A DNA stretch of 64,000 nt from a virus, in IMG/VR virus record IMGVR_UViG_3300046804_002503, positions 32,001-96,000 of that record; one strand, 5' to 3'. Under the pieces are notes generated by a model. The model was not told the DNA's origin and ran no database searches. It saw only the letters and a program-made list of their open reading frames with translations. The position numbers and the translations under genes are program-made. Of this stretch, positions 59,374 to 64,000 are shown in pieces (the stretch's first letter is position 1; every line of letters starts with the position of its first letter).

Positions 59374-60126
59374 ATGTCAGAAGAAAATTATCTATTAATA
59401 AGTGATGATGGTCCGGGATTTCATACAGTAGAGGGAGAGGGAGAGTATATTGGCCATCCAAGTGTATTTATGCGCTTGTTTGGTTGTAATTTAACCTGTA
59501 AAGGTTGGGCTTCTCCAGACTCTCCATGGGGATGTGATTCTTATATTTCATGGTCTAAGAAAAACAAATATACATTTGACGAAATGTTTAAGTTTTATGA
59601 AGAAAATGAATTACATCTTAAACTTAAAAGAGGAGACATCTGGAAGATTACAGGCGGAGAACCCATGTTAAGACAAGCACCTCTTCTTAAATTTGTAGAA
59701 GAATTTGATAAAAGATATGGTTTTATTCCACGTATAGATTTTGAAACCAACGGAACTATTATGCCAGATGAAAAATGGGTTAAAAAGTATCAAGCTACAT
59801 TTACTGTATCACCCAAGATGTCTAGCAATGGAGATCCTAAAGAAAGACGCTATATTCCTTATGTATTAAAATGGCACGTAGCTCAAAACTCTTGTTTTAA
59901 ATTTGTAGTTAGAGGAGAAGAAGAAGTTCAAGAATTGTTTGTAGAATATATCAACAATGAAGGTATTAGAATACCCAAACATCGCATATGGTTAATGGTG
60001 ATGGCGGGTTCAAGAGCAGAACATGTAGCAAATGCAGAAGCAGTGGCAGAGTTGTGTAAGTTATATGGATTTAAAATGTCTCCTCGTTTGCATTTAATGG
60101 TTTGGGATAAAGCATTAAAGGTATAA
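59374..60126 (+). CDS. queE: 7-carboxy-7-deazaguanine synthase (radical SAM)
   Basis: GEG, RLFGCNLTC...CDS, TGGEP, ETNG, SPK, SPRLH. Confidence 0.88.
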   Translation: MSEENYLLISDDGPGFHTVEGEGEYIGHPSVFMRLFGCNLTCKGWASPDSPWGCDSYISWSKKNKYTFDEMFKFYEENELHLKLKRGDIWKITGGEPMLRQAPLLKFVEEFDKRYGFIPRIDFETNGTIMPDEKWVKKYQATFTVSPKMSSNGDPKERRYIPYVLKWHVAQNSCFKFVVRGEEEVQELFVEYINNEGIRIPKHRIWLMVMAGSRAEHVANAEAVAELCKLYGFKMSPRLHLMVWDKALKV

Positions 60127-60161
60127 TTGCTTTTAAATTTATTTTTGTATTTATTAATCAA

Positions 60162-61484
60162 ATGGCTCTAAAACTTAAATCAAAATCTGAATCTAATTCT
60201 ACAATAGATTTAAACAACAAGGTAGTTTATGAATATAAACCAGTTCAAGCAACTATACCTCATCCTCCAGTTGGAGCCCCCACATTAGGCAGACCAACCT
60301 ATTCTTATATTGCTTCAACAGTGGTTAAAGCACCAGCACCTCCACCAGTTGAAATGCAAGAAACATCTTTACCGCGAGCTTTAAATTATTACGCTGATTA
60401 TGGTGGTTGTGGATTTTGGCGTATGGTCTGGCCAGAGACTGCTGTAAATTCCTATCAAAAAGGTTGTATTTCTGGATTAACTAGTATGGTTTTAGATTTA
60501 AGGTTTTATCAAAACCTTAAAAGCATACGCATGCAACGCCAAGCTACCCCGGTACAAGCAATGTTTATCAAAGAATTACATAAACACAAAGATTCTTTGG
60601 GGTATCAATTAATTTATGAAATAGATGACATTGTATTCCGTAATGATATTCCAGACTACAATAGATGTAAGGAGTCTTTTGCATCAGAAGAAACTGAAAA
60701 AACTATTTTAGAAATTATGTCTTTAATGGATGAGATTACAGTTACTTGTCCGTACATGAAACAATACTACCAAGAAAAGACTGGTAACAAAAGAGTCACT
60801 ATTATTCCAAATTATCCGCCAAAATATTGGTTAGGACGTTTTTATAACCGTCAACGTCTAATAGACAACTTTGAAAAGTATAAAAAGAAGCCGCGCATTT
60901 TATATGCTGGATCAGGAACACATATTGATGTTGCAAATAAAACAAATTTAAAAGATGATTTTGCTCATGTTGTAAAAGAAATTATTGCAGCTAGAAAAAA
61001 ATTTAAATTTATTTGGAAAGGTACCTATCCGTTAGAAATTAAACCATTTATTGATAACGGAGAAATGGAATATATAGACTGGTCTCCACTATACGACCTT
61101 CCGCAATCTGTATACGACTCAAATTGCAATGCGGTATATGCTCCTTTGCAAGACAATGTATTTAACAAATCTAAAAGCAATATTAAAATGGTAGAGGCTG
61201 GAGCTTTTGGCTATCCAGGAACCTTCCAAGATCTCTGCACATATGAGGGAGCTGATTTAAAATTTGGTAACGGATCAGAACTCATTGCTCAACTAGAACA
61301 TATTACTTCAGATATAGATACCTATATGAAGTATTCAGACAATATTCATAAATTCACAAACGGCTTGTGGTTAGAAGATCATTTAAATGAGTACGAAGCA
61401 GTGTATTTTACTAAATGGGGATCTAAAGAACGAAATTTAAAAAGTCCGGGCTTGATTTCCCTTAATTTAGACCAGAAAATATAG
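60162..61484 (+). CDS. GT-B glycosyltransferase-like protein
   Basis: GCGFWRM, YEIDD, APLQDNVFNKSKSNIK..EAG. Confidence 0.7.
   Translation: MALKLKSKSESNSTIDLNNKVVYEYKPVQATIPHPPVGAPTLGRPTYSYIASTVVKAPAPPPVEMQETSLPRALNYYADYGGCGFWRMVWPETAVNSYQKGCISGLTSMVLDLRFYQNLKSIRMQRQATPVQAMFIKELHKHKDSLGYQLIYEIDDIVFRNDIPDYNRCKESFASEETEKTILEIMSLMDEITVTCPYMKQYYQEKTGNKRVTIIPNYPPKYWLGRFYNRQRLIDNFEKYKKKPRILYAGSGTHIDVANKTNLKDDFAHVVKEIIAARKKFKFIWKGTYPLEIKPFIDNGEMEYIDWSPLYDLPQSVYDSNCNAVYAPLQDNVFNKSKSNIKMVEAGAFGYPGTFQDLCTYEGADLKFGNGSELIAQLEHITSDIDTYMKYSDNIHKFTNGLWLEDHLNEYEAVYFTKWGSKERNLKSPGLISLNLDQKI
61452..61480 (+). promoter_or_regulatory. Sigma70-like promoter for DNA polymerase
   Basis: TTGATT-17 nt-GAAAAT-6 nt-ATG. 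Confidence 0.4.
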
Positions 61485-61486
61485 GC

Positions 61487-64000
61487 ATGTATCGAAATGT
61501 CTTTTATGATTCTGCTAAACAATGTATACATTTATGGACTTGGGATGAAGCTGGCAGAAGAATTAAGCTAGAGTCTAGCTATGAGCCTTATCTTTTTGTA
61601 GAATCTGTTCACGGCACAGATGCTTTGAGTATTTTTAATACTCCTCTCAAAAAAATTAAATTTAAAAATCAATTTGAGAGAAATAAATTTGTAAATGAAA
61701 CTCCAATAAAAAGATTGTTTCACAATTTAAGTTGTGAGCAAGAATTTTTATTGTCTTCATTTAAAGATGATATTCAAAAACCAGAGGCAGTAGCTAATCC
61801 TTTAAAAATATTCTTTTGGGATATTGAAACATATAGCCCAGGAGAGTTTCCAGACCCGGCTCAGGCTAAAGATACTATTAACCTGATTACAGTTTATGAT
61901 TCTTTGTCAGAAAAATACTACACATGGGGTCTAAAACCTTACAACAATAAAAATAAAGACGTAGTTTACTTTCATTGTAAAAGAGAAACAGAATTGCTAG
62001 GATCTTTTTTAAGTTTTTGGGAGTCAGACCCACCAGATATGATTGTTGGTTGGAATACAGAAGGGTTTGATATTCCTTATTTGATGAATAGGCTTAATAA
62101 ATTGTTGGGAGAAGAAGAAAGATCAAGGCTTTCTCCAGTGAGAGCAATCTATTACAGAGAAAACGTCGCAATGAACAAGTTTGGTAAGATGATCAATCGC
62201 TGGTATATTCGTGGTGTTTCAAATATCGACTACATGGAAGTGTATGCTACATTTGCACGCGGTGATAGAGAGTCTTATTCTCTAAATTTTATTGCAGAGT
62301 ATGAATTGGGTGAAGGCAAAACAGATCTTCAAGGATGGAATTTATCTACAGTAGCTGATGAAGACTGGGACTTGTTTGTAGATTATAACATTCAAGATGT
62401 TAGACTCTTGGTAAAATTAGAAAATACACTCAAATATCTTAAACTTATTAGAGCTTTGTCTTACAAAGGCTTTATTCCATTTGAGCAATCTTTAGGTAAA
62501 GTGTCTATGATCACTGGTGCAGTAGCACATCAGGCCATATTACAAGGTTACAGGATACCTACGTTTAAAAATGATGGTCTAAGAGACGAGTATGTTGGTG
62601 GTTATGTTCATGAACCAGAAAAGAAATTGTGTAATTCAGTAGTAAGCTACGATGCAAACAGTCTATACCCAAACACAATCATTACTTTAAACATATCACC
62701 AGAGACTAAGATAGGCAAAATCCTAGAAAATACAGAAGAAGAATACACAATCCGCTTGTCCAACAACAAAACAGTCACACTTACCGCAGATAAATTTTCC
62801 AAGCTAGTAGAAAAAGAAAAATTATCAGTGTCAAAGTATAATGTTTTGTATACTCAAAAGTTTAAAGGCGTAGTACCCAACCTTATTGATAGAGTTTACA
62901 ATGAGCGAGTTCAGATTAAATCAAAAATATCTGAGTTGATAGACATTTCTTCAAAGGTAACAGATGAAAATGAGAAAAAAATTATAGAAGCAGAGATATT
63001 AAATCTAGACACTCAGCAAAATGTTATTAAATTGGTACTCAACTCTATATATGGAGTATTTGCTCAGAAATATTCTCCACTATTTGACATTGATCATTCG
63101 GCTAGCATTACACTAACGGGTCAGGCAGTAGCAAAACAAGCGTCAGAATTGGTTTATCAGTATGCCTTGGGTAAAGGAGTTCAATGTGAAAAGGCTGATA
63201 TATACAAATATGGTGATACAGACAGTGCATACTTCTCTATAGAACCAATTTTGAGGCATCAAAACATGCAGCTATTGGAAAATAATGAGATTACCTCGGG
63301 GGCACATCAGATCATTAAAGAAATTGACGTATATTTAAATAGAGAAATTGTAGAATGGGCTAAGAAAGAATTGAAATCAATAGATGCTCGCTTTGTTTTC
63401 AAGCGAGAAACTATATGTGATGTGGCTTCTTTACAAGGTAAGAAGAGATACATCCTACATGTCATAGATCAAGAAGGCAAAAAACCCAAAAAACCTTTTA
63501 AATATGTCGGTGTAGAGGTTGCCAGATCATCTATTTCAGTACCAGTCAAGTCTTTAATCAAGAAAGTTATTGAATTGGCTATGTTGTCTCAAGATAAAAA
63601 GAAGGCAGACTCTCATTTTAGACAGGCTTATGAAGAATTTTGTAATATGCCTATTGAAGAAATCTCTTTGAGAAGCAAAATTTCAGATTACGAGAAGCAA
63701 GAATCAAAGGTAGATGAGTATGGAAGAATAGGTAAGGGAGCAACTCTGCACGGGAAGAGTGCTATTCATTATAATAATCTGCTTAAAAAGTATAAACTTG
63801 ACAACAAATACGAAACCATCACAAGTGGAATCAAGATCAAGTACTTTTATGCATCTAAAAACCCATTTGCATATAAGAGCATGGCATTTATAGACACCTA
63901 TCCACCAGAATTAAAAGAAATTGTTGCAGCAGATTACCAAACCATGTTTGATAAGACAGTTCAACCCCCTCTGGAGAGGTTTTACGACTGCATCGGATGG
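61487..64000 (+). CDS. gp43: Family B DNA polymerase (cut by the right window edge; absent from the ORF track)
   Basis: Manual translation: WDIET, GWNTEGFDIPY, YNIQD, YDANSLYP, KLVLNSIYG, YGDTDS, KKRY. Confidence 0.95.
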   Translation, partial: MYRNVFYDSAKQCIHLWTWDEAGRRIKLESSYEPYLFVESVHGTDALSIFNTPLKKIKFKNQFERNKFVNETPIKRLFHNLSCEQEFLLSSFKDDIQKPEAVANPLKIFFWDIETYSPGEFPDPAQAKDTINLITVYDSLSEKYYTWGLKPYNNKNKDVVYFHCKRETELLGSFLSFWESDPPDMIVGWNTEGFDIPYLMNRLNKLLGEEERSRLSPVRAIYYRENVAMNKFGKMINRWYIRGVSNIDYMEVYATFARGDRESYSLNFIAEYELGEGKTDLQGWNLSTVADEDWDLFVDYNIQDVRLLVKLENTLKYLKLIRALSYKGFIPFEQSLGKVSMITGAVAHQAILQGYRIPTFKNDGLRDEYVGGYVHEPEKKLCNSVVSYDANSLYPNTIITLNISPETKIGKILENTEEEYTIRLSNNKTVTLTADKFSKLVEKEKLSVSKYNVLYTQKFKGVVPNLIDRVYNERVQIKSKISELIDISSKVTDENEKKIIEAEILNLDTQQNVIKLVLNSIYGVFAQKYSPLFDIDHSASITLTGQAVAKQASELVYQYALGKGVQCEKADIYKYGDTDSAYFSIEPILRHQNMQLLENNEITSGAHQIIKEIDVYLNREIVEWAKKELKSIDARFVFKRETICDVASLQGKKRYILHVIDQEGKKPKKPFKYVGVEVARSSISVPVKSLIKKVIELAMLSQDKKKADSHFRQAYEEFCNMPIEEISLRSKISDYEKQESKVDEYGRIGKGATLHGKSAIHYNNLLKKYKLDNKYETITSGIKIKYFYASKNPFAYKSMAFIDTYPPELKEIVAADYQTMFDKTVQPPLERFYDCIGW

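Noticed and set aside
2395-60161. Many short opposite-strand or alternate-frame ORFs in the track (e.g. 2395, 2853, 7659, 11907, 16546, 25031, 30732, 32814, 37105, 39967, 57555, 59928)
   Set aside because: They lie wholly or mostly inside well-supported genes and show no motifs; treated as shadow ORFs
61487-64000. Intein or intron in the DNA polymerase
   Set aside because: Exonuclease and polymerase motifs occur at normal spacing in what reads as one continuous frame
1-64000. Stop-codon reassignment, CRISPR array, tRNA genes, DGR
   Set aside because: Core genes are full length in the standard code; intergenic gaps are too short for arrays or tRNAs; no reverse transcriptase or template/variable repeat pair was seen by eye

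Overview
AT-rich, gene-dense segment of a large T4-like myovirus genome (Caudoviricetes) in the standard genetic code. Left part (mostly minus strand): an RCC1-repeat fibre gene cut by the window edge, two giant baseplate/tail proteins, gp6, gp25, clamp loader, dUTPase, probable small terminase, the head module (gp23, gp22, gp21, gp4, gp13, portal gp20), gp15, a DinG helicase, a GroES-like chaperonin and primase. Right part (plus strand): UvsY, UvsW, late sigma gp55, gp47, gp46 and family-B DNA polymerase gp43 (cut at the right edge). Accessory cargo is heavy: 7-deazaguanine genes (QueC, a separate class-II glutamine amidotransferase, QueE), a GDP-mannose 3,5-epimerase, about 12 glycosyltransferase-like genes (nine inserted between gp47 and gp46), a sulfotransferase, methyltransferases, and two Tat-signal DUF1501 proteins that suggest a Verrucomicrobia/Planctomycetes host. 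Most striking observations: (1) an 88-aa orphan that copies the mature N-terminal arm of the phage's own major capsid protein with a poly-lysine insert; (2) paired DUF1501 genes behind late-promoter motifs; (3) a deazaguanine plus glycosylation gene set; (4) promoter motifs of two classes placed just before start codons that lack Shine-Dalgarno sites. All calls come from reading motifs by eye; no database searches were run.
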